From contig OX597829.1 in assembly GCA_951406725.2 (NCBI GenBank), positions 56,854,001 through 56,918,000 of the forward strand: a stretch of 64,000 nucleotides of DNA, read 5' to 3'. Source of the DNA: Octopus vulgaris (lineage: Eukaryota). Of this stretch, positions 25,598 to 38,402 are shown piece after piece. The notes under the pieces are model-generated. The model worked only from the letters and a program-made list of their open reading frames with translations. It had not been told where the DNA came from and ran no database searches. Position 1 is the first letter of the stretch; every line of letters starts with the position of its first letter. The position numbers and the translations under genes were made by a program.

Positions 25598-26847
25598 TGT
25601 TACCAGAAACTGTTAGAAAGGTAAACGCCAGAGAGAATGAGTGGTCCTCACCACTTCATGCCGTGTCTTCCTGGTGCTCTTTGTATTACATCAAAACCCA
25701 GCCCTTGGATACAGACGACCTGTTTGTACTAGCAACAGTGGGAGTTTAATGCAATCAACATCAAAGCCAAAACCTAAATGGTTGAAGTGTTGCACATTGT
25801 GTGCATCCAAGCATGTATGTATGTGTGTGTGTGTGTGTTTTTTATGTATAGTTATTCTTTAGGTATTTCCGTCTACTTAGAATTATATAAGCACTGAAAC
25901 AACAAATGTATAAAAAAACATTTTGACTTGTTTTTACTCTTCTGTTCAATAATGTTGTTGGTCACTGTTTTGGTCTGGACTTTTTTTTTTTAAAGACATT
26001 TTGAAACAATGCTCCTTAGGATTCTTTATTGTATATATTTGTGATGTGGGTATTTTACTTTTCTTTTTCTATTACGCATGGAGTTTGTACAAGAGTAATG
26101 CATATACTCATAAAGAATTTCATATGTACTGCCACCATATATTTTTATCTGATTTTTAATCAAAGCCACCAGGTGTGAACTCTCATCTTTCATTGTGATT
26201 TATGTACAAATAAATATATTTTTCATTATCATGGTTTCTTGTTGTATTTAATGCCAGCAGAAGGACCCAGTTTCACTTGGGCTATAAACTCATAGCTTCC
26301 TTCTAGGTATGGTTAGGTAAATATTTCATAATGGGCCTGTTTGTACCTCGGTGTTAAATAATTTTTCTCCCTGGGCTTTTCTAGTGCATTCAATGTATCT
26401 GGCCTCAAACCTGCTGCAAGCCACTTTTTTCTGGAAAAGGAGTGAGATCATGCATAAACAGCTCCTTTCCCCAGAAAAGAAAAGATTTGGTTGCTATTTC
26501 TTGCACACCCTACTACCACATAACAGCTATCTACAGTAAAGGACCTGCTGATATTTTGCTGTGAAATTATCCCCCCCCCTTCTTTTTTTTTCCAGAATAA
26601 AAGTGGCATGCAGTGGGTTTGTAGGTCAAATTTGTTGAATGCACTCAGAAAAAAAAAAAAAGTTATTTCACATCAAGATATTTCCCTTACGAAATATCCA
26701 TGGTTATTTACTGATACACAAATACACTGGTACTGAAGATTGTGAACAATGAAGGCTGTAATAATTTTTTGTTACCAGAAACTGTTAGAAAGGTAAACGC
26801 CAGAGAGAATGAGTGGTCCTCACCACTTCATGCCGTGTCTTCCTGGT
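25598..26847 (+). repeat. Perfect 78-bp direct repeat (25598-25675 and 26770-26847)
   Basis: TGTTACCAGAAACTGTTAGAAAGGTAAACGCCAGAGAGAATGAGTGGTCCTCACCACTTCATGCCGTGTCTTCCTGGT occurs twice. Confidence 0.9.
26351..26675. repeat. Old MITE-like inverted repeat
   Basis: 26351-26440 imperfectly complements 26585-26675 (AGTGCATTCAA..GCCACTTTT..CTGGAAAA). Confidence 0.5.
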
Positions 26848-27150
26848 TCTCCCTCTTCTGTGGGTACCCTCCACTTTCCATGATCAGCACTTCTTTATAC
26901 AACTGTCTTCATTCATATGCATCTCATCTCCAAACCAACATAGTCTTCTCTCTTGCATGCTGTATTTGATTCCTCCTATACCCAGCTTTTCTCTCAATAT
27001 GTTTGCACTTTGTCGAACATGCACATCCAGTGGAACATACTACCTTCATTCCTCTCCAGTCTATGCATGTCTTCTGCATTCAGAGCCCATGTCTCACTAC
27101 CATGGAGTATAGCCGTTTGCACACAAGCATCATACAGTCTACCTTTCACT
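26815..27150 (-). mobile_element. RTE LINE 3' fragment, directly joined to a tRNA-like SINE head at 27150-27216
   Basis: VKGRLYDACVQTAILHGSETWALNAEDMHRLERNE, homologous to 5965-6090. Confidence 0.8.
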
Positions 27151-27254
27151 CGCTGGGAATTGAACCCACGACCTAACGATCGCGAACCGAGTGCCCTAGC
27201 CATTAAACCACGCGTCTTCACACACGCACACATATATATGTACATTTGCAGTCT

Positions 27255-28305
27255 ACACACTTCTTCTATTGATGTTGCAGTGCTCGGAGCTCATTGGTGC
27301 AGAAGCTTTCACCCTGTTAGAAAATTTATCGGCAGTAGACATGATGTCGTCATCACCGATACTGGTTCCCAGCCATGTGTTTTTCACGTTGGCGAACAGA
27401 TGATAGTCAAATGGGGCCAAATCAGGAGAATAGGGTTGGTGATCAACCAGTTCAAAGCCATAGCAGCCATTGAAACCAAGGACATGTGTGCTGGAACACG
27501 AACGAAGACCCCTTTTGTCAGTTTTCCTGGGCGTTTGGTAACTGCCTCAACATGTTGGCATAGTGCACTCCCTTGATGATGTGGCCCTTTTGAAGATATT
27601 CAATAAACAGACCACCCATAACTAAGGCTACCACCTTCCCTGCAAATGATGATACGATCTTTGTCTTCTTTCGGGCAGATGAGGAGGGATATTTTCACTG
27701 CATGGATTGTCTCTGGCTTAAAGTAACCCCTTTACAGGTGAGGATACGCTCAAGAAGATCGTTGGATCTGCCTCAAACAATTCCCCCGTCATCTGACCAA
27801 TCTGGAGCGCTTTTGATGAGGTGTCAGAACACGTGGCACCCATCGTACATTGTGCAGAGTATCCTCAACTCTTTCACGGGATATGTTAATAACATTGCCT
27901 ATTTGATTCATGCGCCTGTTATCCATCAACATGCGGTGAACACAATGATTTTCTCGGTGGTGGCAATTGTGGAGCGTCCTGGGTCATCTTCGAAACTCTC
28001 CCTCCTCCTCCTAAATTCAGCTTCCCACTTTTACACTGTTGATAAAGCTGGAACGTCATCCTGTAACGTAGAAACCCTGTCCGCATGAACGTCTTCTGGG
28101 GGCTAAAAGCCTTTTTCTGAAGACAACACGATGCCAGATTTTATTTCTTTTCCAGAGAAGTTGCTCCCAATTAGTTTTGAAGTCTTCTTTGAACAGGTAG
28201 ATGTCAGTTTACCTGAAAGGAAACAATGCAGTCACTTATAGGAACACATGCAAGATTTCTAGCATCGCTCCTTCAAAGTCAGCCTAGGAAGTTTTCAACC
28301 TACTT
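27255..28305 (-). mobile_element. Degraded mariner transposon
   Basis: Minus-strand GFELVDHQPYSPDLAPFDYHLF (mariner YSPDLAPxDY motif) near 27385-27460. HTH-region remnant at 27960-28090. Confidence 0.8.
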
Positions 28306-29084
28306 TGATTCATTTTTGAAATTGTTTAATTAAGAGAACCAAATTAGTTTCGTAACATGACCGTCATGGTCGCTGTTTTAATGCGTTTAAGTTTTTTTTT
28401 AAAGATGTACAAAAAATTTACAAACCTCATAAATTAATTCAATTCAAAAGATTCTACAAAAGAAATATGTGTGCGTGTGTGAATTGAAAGTCAATTTGAA
28501 TAAAACGGAATATAATCTTAATAAATCAATGAAGAAACGAAAGATTCTGGTCAAAAGGGCAAAATTTCAAATTATAGTGGACAAATAATCCCCCAAAAAA
28601 GCCCAGCAACATAATGAACATTAAAAGATAAGATAAACTTTGTTCCGAAGGCAAAACTTTGGCCCTTAGTAGCCTTGACTGACAAAGAATTTTGAAAGGG
28701 CTTTTATTTTTAGACTGAGGTCAAATCCATTCAACCATGAGGTCAGTTTTTAGCGACATCAAGTACAAAGAACTGGCAGAGATGAAAGAGGTATCGACAG
28801 GTAGAGGAGACCAAAGACAAGAACCTTCGTGCATATTTATTTAGCCTTGTATGACTTCGAAGCTATTTTTAACGGGTTGGAAAATGAGGTCAGAATAGAG
28901 CTGTCTTCAATTATCCAAATCCGAGCGTCTTCAAATCAGTTTCGTTTCCAATGATTTTGAAGACGTTTTGACGTAGTTACAAATAAATGACGTTATAAAA
29001 TTTATTTTTGAAAGTTACGAGAAAACAAAACCAACGCGTGGGAATTTTCTGAATCTTCTGTCCACAGTTACCTGAAGACATTTT

Positions 29085-29345
29085 TTTTCACTACAAATTT
29101 AGTTATGCTATTGTTGTATTTCGGAATGGTCATTTTGCCAGTTTAGCCAATAAAAACATACGCACTATATATTTGGTGTTATTTTGCTTCAGTGTTATTT
29201 ATTTTTTACATTAAACTTAATCTTATTTCGGCCAGAGTTCTTTCGTCCCACTCCTGTGACCGCATCAGTGGTCCTTTGCTTTCTTCTTTCTTATTTGTGT
29301 GTCTCTCCTTACTTATATATTTAGTTATGCTACTTCAAATATAAT
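29085..29345 (-). mobile_element. Probable Penelope-like pLTR fragment with a variant hammerhead motif
   Basis: Minus strand 29230-29274 reads GGACCA-CTGATGC-GGTCAC-AGGA-GTGGGAC-GAAA-GAAC-TC-TGGCC. It abuts a (CT)n(TA)n tract. Confidence 0.45.
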
Positions 29346-29356
29346 AATCTCTCTCG

Positions 29357-29451
<95 letters not shown>

Positions 29452-29569
29452 ATGCGTACACACACACACACATTGATAGAAATGGCAAGACAACAAAAAA
29501 TTTGAGGGAGACCTCGATATTATGTAAATAGAGGAATTCATCTATAACTATGATATGTGACAATTATTC

Positions 29570-29646
29570 GGTAGCCATGATAAAACTCCGAGTTTCGGAT
29601 GTTGGGGAGGAAACCCACGCCAGCATCTCTTCAGTTATCCGGCTAT
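29570..29646 (-). ncRNA. Type I hammerhead ribozyme motif in the inverted 5' segment of the Penelope-like element
   Basis: Minus strand reads TAGCCGGATAA-CTGAAGA-GATGCTGG...CCAACATCC-GAAA-CTCGGAG-T-T-TTATCATGGCTA. Confidence 0.7.
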
Positions 29647-32294
29647 CGAAAAAAATGCTATGAAAATGACCGTTAAAACAAAGGGAAATAACTGTGTGAT
29701 TGACCGTTATTAAGACAAAAGTGCTATTTGAATGACCGCTGATTGAGGGGAGGGAGTAAAGGTAAGGGTGTAAAAATGTTCATAGTAATCGCGTAAGTGC
29801 GCATGTCCATACATACACATGCGTGCCCGAACACCCACGTACATGCGCCTATATGTATATACTCATCCACCCTCACTTGAAACAGACACATGCTCACCCA
29901 CATCGATCGATCAACCCTAGTGTACTCAATAAGGCCGTATGGCACGCACATAATAAGGCAGGCCTCTCCAGGGAGGAAATTAATGTGATTTTAGCGGCTA
30001 GAAAATCTTTCATACAGTTCGATGATAAGTTATGGCTCCGCAGAGATACTCCCAACGCGTTCGATGTGCTAATGGGAAGTACAGATAGCCGATTTGGTCG
30101 GAATCTATATTCTCTATGAATTGGCCGACCAATTCCCGGTCATCTGCGGCGGTCTGTATCGAGACGATTGTCTACTTTACCTCCAGAATGCTCCGAACAA
30201 TAGGATACAGAAGACTAAGATCAGATTAGCTAGATTTTTTTAGCAGAATGGGCTTGAGCATAGTTTTCGACAACGAATTAACTAAAGCCAACTTCTTAGA
30301 TGTTACCCTAAATCTGCAGAATAATTCTTACTTCCCTTATTATAAGCCTTCTACTAATCTTAAATATATCAGCATTTTCAGTAACCATGCCAAAACTATT
30401 ACCGATAATTTAGTTAAAAATATTTCTTTAAGACTGTCAAAATTATCTGCTAATGTCGACATCTTTAACCAAAAAGCGGAATTTTATAACGCCGCCTTGT
30501 CAAAAGCCGGTTATAGAGATAAAGTGTCATATAACGACCCGGCCCATTCTAAACCAATATATGCTTATCAGGATAAGAAAACTAATAACAATAGAAATAG
30601 TGTGAATAATGATTTCAGCTCTAACAACGTCGACACCACTATACTTAAGAAAAAAAAATTACGGACCAGGGGAGGCAATCGGCAACCAACCCCAATTTTC
30701 CAGCACAGAAATATTCCCTTTAATGTAAATGGTAACACTCTGAACAATTCTAAGTCCACAAAAAACTATATCTGGTTTGTCATACCTTTCGGGAAACAAA
30801 TCTGGTCAAACCTTCCTTTACAGTTCCGTGAAGCCGTAGCTAGGAACTTTCCCAGAAATTCTAGGTATTACTCTACTATCAATTCGCATAAGGTAAGGAT
30901 TGCATTCTCTAACACTAGAAATCTATCGCAAATTATTGCCTCCCATAATAACAAGCTGCTAAATAAGGATTCTTCACCCGGGAGTTACGACACTGCTCTT
31001 AGCAATTCCAACCAAACATACAATAATAATAATAATAGAAATAGTATTGATAATAGCAACATTCATAGCAGCGTTGGCATTAACAATAATAATATTAGTC
31101 GGATTATTAACAGATTAGTGTTAGTGGTAGTAACGATAGCATTTCTAATAACAGTGGTAGTATTGATGATAACAACCCCAGCATTCCTATAGTCATCGAT
31201 ATTGCCGACGATAGTACAATTAATAGTAATGACAATAATAGGAATAGTTTAAGGGTCAATGCTAGCAATAATATTAACAACAATCATAACAATAAAAACT
31301 CAGTCTTAGTCTCGGAGGTAAACCCTAACAGATTAAAGTTCTTGTCCAGCAATTCCAAAGTTAGAAATTCCATTTACCAGTGTAAAATTTCTTCCGGTAC
31401 CGGTGTCTTCTTCTACATTGGGGCGACTACTTCTAAATTATCCCAAAGGATTTCCAATCATTATTCAACTTTCTGAGATAAGAGAAAACAACAAAGCACA
31501 GGACTAAGTAAATTAGTTTGGCGTCTTAAGGACATCAATGTAACTTTCAAGCTGGAATGGTCCATATTGTCTATATCCTTTCCTTTTGATAAGGGCAGAA
31601 AATTTTGTGGCGTCTGTAATTCCGAACATTTCCATATACTTTTCGCTAAATTCCCTTTAGTAAACACAATGGTAGAAAAATCCTATAGGTGCATGCACTG
31701 GCAGAAACACACCTTTCACTCATATGAATGACGATTAATATAGATAACCTCCTTGAATTTAATAATTTGGTTCCACTTATACAACAACACCATAGACAAT
31801 TTTTATACTCAGTTTCATGAAGGACTACTACCAAATTCGTTGGGGTATGTTTTACCTTTGTCTCTCTACCTCTCCCTCCTCTCCATCTCTCTCTCTCTCT
31901 CTCCCTCTCTCTATCGTAAGCATAATCAAACACACAGACACAAACCTGTCACTTCACCACTAGTTGTTTTTGGCATCTACCCACTCACATACACATACAC
32001 ACACATAGACACGAATGCAGTTACATACATACACACACATAGGCACTCAATCTCATTAGCAAAAGCAATCAACAACACATCACCATTTATACGACTTGCA
32101 CCCTGTCACCTTCCTATTCTTAGATCTCTCCCCTTCCAACCTTGTTTGAACTCTTGAACTTTCTAGAATCTTCTCCATTCAACCATTTTTGACCTCACTG
32201 CTTATAACGGAATATTTAAAGAAACACTCATTATCACTATGGACTCCGTGTGGGCAGTCATCTAAAAGTTTTTGTTCATCATGATGCTGACATA

Positions 32295-32397
32295 AGTTCC
32301 TTGTCTTTCCTGATGAGTAGGCGGCATAATGCATCCCTTATTCCTTCGAAATTAGGAATATGCAGTCTTCGAAACATATGTCGAGAACAAAGGAATT
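32295..32397 (+). ncRNA. Type I hammerhead ribozyme, canonical core, predicted cleavage after GUC 32382
   Basis: TTCCTTGTCTTTC-CTGATGA-G(TAGGC..GCATA..TATTCCT/AGGAATATGC..GTCTT)C-GAAA-CATATG-TC-GAGAACAAAGGAA. Stem III is the palindrome ACATATGT. Confidence 0.82.
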
Positions 32398-32435
32398 TTG
32401 TTAAATCATCGTTCAACTCCATTCTTTCATTTATT

Positions 32436-33120
<685 letters not shown>

Positions 33121-33124
<4 letters not shown>

Positions 33125-33640
33125 AGAGAAATATACTATGATAAAAATTTATTTTACCGTTGGATATTTATATTTAACAATAATTGTTTCGCAACTTAAG
33201 AAACATGTATAAATAGTTTATTTTATTATATATTATAATAAATGATAAATTATTTACATCTCTGTATTAATATATATATAATTATAAACATCTGCTATGA
33301 GTGTATTTATTTTAACATTATGTGCTAAAGCTGAGTTGTTATCGACTATATTTCCAGAGGCCTTTGGTGTTGTATAATAAGAATGGACAGTATCAAGGAC
33401 ATTGTTGGGGAGTCTATCAGCTTAACATCTGCCTTATTTTTAAAATTGTTCATTTATTAATGCAAATAATGTATTATAAAATATAAAAAAATAAACTATT
33501 TATACATGTTTATTAAGCTGCGAAACAATTGTTGTTACATATTGATGTTCTATAGTAAAATAAATTTTATCATAGTATATTTCTCTCTCTATTTATAATT
33601 TTATGCATTCCTTATGGTTTTCTCTTATATCATACTATAT
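33121..33640. mobile_element. Palindromic AT-rich element (probable inverted pLTR pair)
   Basis: 33124-33240 is inverted to 33472-33587. It contains CGAAACAATTGTT (hammerhead 3' half) and starts directly after (TA)n. Confidence 0.6.
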
Positions 33641-34247
33641 ATTCTATTTCATTTGTAGAATCATGCATTAAGTCGCATTTTTTAATGAGTACAACCGGAT
33701 TCATTGAACATCTTTTTACTTGTTTCAGTTATTAGACGGCGGCCATGTTGGGACATTGTTTTGAAGAATTTTAGTCGAACGAATCGACCCCAGTACTTAG
33801 ATTTGTATAGGCTGGTACCTATTCTCTTAGTCGCTTTTTTTTTGGAACCGCTAAGTTACAGGGACATAAACACACCAACACCGATTGTCAAGCAGTGGAA
33901 GGGGACAAAAACATACACAAAGGCACATACAACGGGCTTTTTCCAGTTTCATGGTACTCCTTCCAGACTTCTCAGTATAATTCTCTAATAAAACGTCTAT
34001 ATCATCTACATATTTATAGTGTAAGTGCTATCGAGTGTTCTTCTAGGTATTGCCTAATCGTTTTTTTCGCAGCAGACCATGAAAAAGGCTGTAATGTCTC
34101 CAGAAGTACTAACACCAATGGCTGCTCTTTTTATTTTGTATTTAGTGCAATACAGTATCTTATTAAACTTAGTTAAATAAGAAACTGTACTTGCAAGAAA
34201 AAATGGCCACTCAAGTGATGCAATTGAGAAATATTTTCTTCATTATC

Positions 34248-35880
34248 TGTCGTGTATTGAACTCTTAATCAATACATAACGAATAGTGTACAATTGTTTA
34301 AATTACTAAAAACCGCCAGTCACATGCCATACACGAGTTTTATGTGAACTTGTCCGTTTTTTTTTTATATATATTTCCAAACATGTCTTTTAGTCTTTTG
34401 TGGGTGTCCTTGTCTACCACGATGGCCTTCACATTCTCGGAATACACATCCGTGGGCAACTTTATTTTTATAATATGTTTAAACTTTAATATTTTCTTTT
34501 CAGTTTCTTTGCTTTTTGCGTCACAAAATTCCATAGAAATGTTCCTTTTCTTATTACTTTTCTCTTTTCCTGCTCCTCCGCTTCTGGTTCCTTCTTCTTT
34601 TCGTCCACTACTCTGAACAGTCTCCCCAGTTGCGTTTCTAAATTTTCTCCTTCCACCGGATAACGGGTGTCTTCACCAATGTCTCTTCTTTATGCAACTC
34701 CTCCTTGAACACTTTAAGTTCCTTTTCGCTTACTTTATCCACCACCATTTTGTCTTCCTTCCTTCTAGTCTCCTCCTTTTCCATTTCTTCTTCTTTTTCT
34801 TCTTCTCTCTGGTGGAGAGCTCACTCTCACACTTCTCTTTCTTTTTTTAAACACTTTGAACTCCTCCTCCGTTGCTTTCTCCTTTATCTCAACCTATATC
34901 ACCTGGTCCGTGCTCTCCTGCCTCTCCGTCTGCTCAATCTGTTGTTCCCTCTGGAGTCATCTCGCCTTCATGTGGCCCTTTCCCCCACATGTATAACATA
35001 TAGGTGGCCTGCCCTCCACCACCACTCAATTTTACGTCATCAGGTAGCAGTCTCTCTTCAACAATTCCGTTAAGGTCTTTCGCTGTTGCTTGAATGGTTT
35101 ACTCTATTCCATATCCCCAGTAGTTAACTCTGGGTTCTTGTGGCCTTCAGTATCTTGGCCTCCTCATTCATGTCATACATTATGGCTGTCATCAGCCATG
35201 CTTCTTTCAGCTCTGGGGGCACTTTGCCAACTCGCACCCTGGCCACGCGTTTATCACAGTACGATGGCAAAAGTACCAATTCTTCAGATTTTATTGCCTC
35301 TGTGGAGTGCTTAATTGCTTCCTCTTCTGATACAAAACGCACCTCTACAGTAGCGCACTTTCCCCCCTCTTGTTATAAATGTGGTTAGTCTTTTTATATT
35401 CTCCAAACATTCTTCAATAGCCTCTATTGTTGCTATTTCTATTTTTCTTGTTGCTATCTTCATTGTCTTATACATCACCATTCTTTTCATTACATTGGTT
35501 GTTAGTTCCATAGGCGGCGTTAATTTCACTGTATTTCCGTCTCTTTTCAGCAACTTCTCGCATTCCTTCATTTTCGTGGTTCAACCTTTATTTCTCGTAA
35601 CTCCAGCGTTTCCACGTCTATCCCTTTTCCAGTTGCAGCCACATAATTGTGGCCACCTGCTGGCGTTTTTTCCATTTTTCCCACAATGGGAAAAAAAACA
35701 ACAACAACAACAATTCAAAATAACACTAGCAACAATTTGAACAGTAACAATCAATCAAACAAATATTTACCACTATGACTTACGTCTAACACGACAAAAA
35801 ACAACTCAAACCGCCTGTGTAGTCACATCGCAAACCTCCGCCAAGGCAACACCAACGTCCTCCCAACGATTAGCCAAAGA
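34248..35880 (-). mobile_element. Tx1/L1-like non-LTR element containing only a decayed ORF1
   Basis: Minus-strand EGRPPICYTCGGKGHMKAR* (CCHC knuckle with the last Cys lost) at about 34955-35020, plus VLLPSYCDKRVARVRVGKVPPE and a charged C-terminus. The 3' terminus is shared with 38403-38457. Confidence 0.7.
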
Positions 35881-36614
35881 TGATTTTTAAAATGAGAACA
35901 TCTGAAATAAACTCGACTGCTCTCACAAACGAGAATACTAAAATGGAACTCGACTGCTCTCAAAAATTAAGTTAAAAAAACCCGGGAAAATAATCTAGGA
36001 TCCTTGTCCGGTATCTGATCGATCCCAATGATAATCTTGGAATATGGAGGTGGGTGTGTGAGCCGTGATTGTAATGCTGTGCGCGTGTCGTCTGCAGTGG
36101 GAACAAGGGCAATTTTCTCTGATATAATGTCTTTACGACCGTAAAGGTATATAGTGAAAAATTTATCCGCGCGAAACAGAAAACGGAAAGGACCTACATT
36201 CGGTGCTGTTAACGGAGGTTTACCATCGTTGCGCACAAAAATGTGAGTCCAAGAAGTAAAGCTTCCTTCAAGGCAGAGCTAGAAATGCAATTGTCAAGTA
36301 GTTAAGAGGTTTTAAACAGGAGCGATATATTCAAAATTGGTAAAACTAAAAATTGTCGAGGATAAATTAAGTATATATTATTGTTACTGAATATGGTAGT
36401 GTTATTTAATTTCCAAACGGTTTTGCTGCCGTTTGGTTTATGTAGTTTGATTTCTTTATCCATCAGTTTCTACTAAGATAGAGGCAGGAGTGCAATTAAT
36501 AATAGAGAAACAGCAACACTGCCACAACTTATGTGAATGGTTTCAACGGAGATAATCAGAGAAAGACTTGAAAGTGAAAGTAAGATCATAATACTTCATG
36601 GAAAGTAAATATAA

Positions 36615-36802
36615 CAAATGATCCAGAATCGGTGTCTAGTACCGGATTGATCCCAAAATCTAAGCAGTTCATACCAGTCATGAGGTCGAATATCCCTGAA
36701 AGTTTCATTTGACAGTTCTTGAGATATCTTGTCCACGGACATGCAAACAGATAAACACGACTGAAAACAATATCTCCACCTTTGCTAAGGCGGAGGTAAT
36801 AA
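36615..36802. mobile_element. Helentron/HINE-like non-autonomous element end
   Basis: ATCCAGAATC..GATCCCAAAATCTAA..GAAAACAATATCTCCACCTTTGCTAAGGCGGAGGTAAT terminal hairpin. A related piece lies at 35970-36030. Confidence 0.45.
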
Positions 36803-37099
36803 ACGGGGACATACAGCTGAGTCTACCGCCACAAAATTACAGTTGATGTTGTTTTCCCCTCTCATACATTCTGCTGTTGGTTGTTCTTCCGCTACGGCGA
36901 GATAGAAATTCGCAGCTATTTGATCTTCGTTCCTATACCGGTGTTTATGAAATAAGCAAATCACAAAACTTGATAATGGCGCCGGCGATATAGCAAGGAA
37001 AATCTCTTGATGACATAAACTTACTGGCTCATAGCATTCGGAACAAAAGCTTACGTGGACGAATTAAAGGATAATGGCCAAAGTCCTGTGGCTGTGAAA

Positions 37100-38365
37100 T
37101 TCATTTCTTTGGTAGGAATATAAGCGTTAAAAATTATCCAAGATATTAAAATCCCGAAGAATATCATGAAAATGACTTACGATGACCTGAAATATTCAAT
37201 TCTAATCAAAGAAACTAATATTTGCTGAAAGAACAACATTTTTCTCCACTATTCAACAACCAAATGAATCAATTTCTCAATATATCTCAAATCTGCGACA
37301 TGCCAGTAAATACTGTGATTTTGGAAGTTTTAAAACGTCCAAAACGTCACTGAATAACAAAATTCCTACTGTTTCATTTGGTCGTCGGTCTAAGAAGCAG
37401 TGAGGACAGAGAGAAAGTTCTTCAAGTTAATGTAGTTAATGAACTTGGTTTAGAAGCTACAGTATAATTTTTACAACGTTCTTCGCAAATATCTGATTTT
37501 TGCAACAATTGAAATTGAAAAGGGGAAGTCATTGCCTATTCCAAAACGACTGCACAAGATAAAAGAAAAAAGTTTGAGTGACAAACCCTATTACTGCCGT
37601 AGAAAACTTTGGTTCCCACAACACAAATGCCCTGCAATAAAAGCTATCTGTAAAAACTATGGCAAGAAAGACCACCATGCAAAAGTTTTCAAAAGCGCCA
37701 GGAATGATCGCAGGATGAGATTTACCGACGATAGAAAGAGTGCAAGTTACTGTTAAATTAAAACCTAATGCCTCTGATAAATTATGTACCGCCAGAAGCG
37801 TACCTGTTACTCCCGAGGAAGATTAGCAAAGGAAACAACTACATTGGAAGCCAAAGGTGTAATAAAAAAATGCGCCCAGGGTGGCATAGTCAATACTTCT
37901 CTAGTTGTATGGGTCAGAAAGAAAAATGGAGACTACGTATGTGTTCTGACTAAAAAATATGCCCAGAAGCTTATCCCATGCTACAAATCGAAACCATAGC
38001 AAGCTTAGTGGTGTAAGATTCTTTTGCTGTAACTGACTTAACAGACGCATGTTGGCAGATCGAGCTCGTTGAAAATAGTCAGCTCTGCGCCTACAGTACT
38101 ACAAGAGGGGTATACTGGCGAATGAAAAACAGTTATGCAATTTTCAGCATGCTATAGAGAATGTAGTGCTCAAGGGACTAAGAAATTTCATCACCTACCA
38201 AGACGATATAATCGTTTTTGCAAAGACGGACGAGAACCTTAATAAACATTTAAATGTCATCCTTTGAAGATTACGCAAAAGACAGGTTAGTGTCAACAAA
38301 TAAAAATGCGACCAAAAGACTAGAAGTATCACATTTCTAGGCCGTGTGATATCAGCAGAAAAAGA
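37100..38365 (+). mobile_element. Ty3/Gypsy (Mag-like) LTR retrotransposon remnant, gag + RT
   Basis: gag: AERTTFFSTIQQPNESISQYISNLRHASKYCDFG and a double knuckle HKCPAIKAICKNYGKKDHHAKV. RT: VWVRKKNG, DLTDACWQIEL, YQDDIIVF and ITFLGRVIS. Many stops. Confidence 0.85.
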
Positions 38366-38402
38366 AACCCATCGAATCGATCTTCTTATTGATGTAGTGA
38401 GT

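Noticed and set aside
27150-27216. tRNA-like sequence with A and B boxes on the minus strand
   Set aside because: Lacks a full cloverleaf and acceptor stem. It is better explained as a SINE head fused to an RTE fragment.
29299-29563. ORFs with YIYI/ERER/THTH runs here and elsewhere
   Set aside because: These are translations of dinucleotide microsatellites.
31474-31476. In-frame TGA in the PLE GIY-YIG domain as possible selenocysteine recoding (reported for some Naiad PLEs)
   Set aside because: The position is not a Cys site (STF*DKR, most simply CGA-to-TGA CpG decay), and the copy has other stops and frameshifts.
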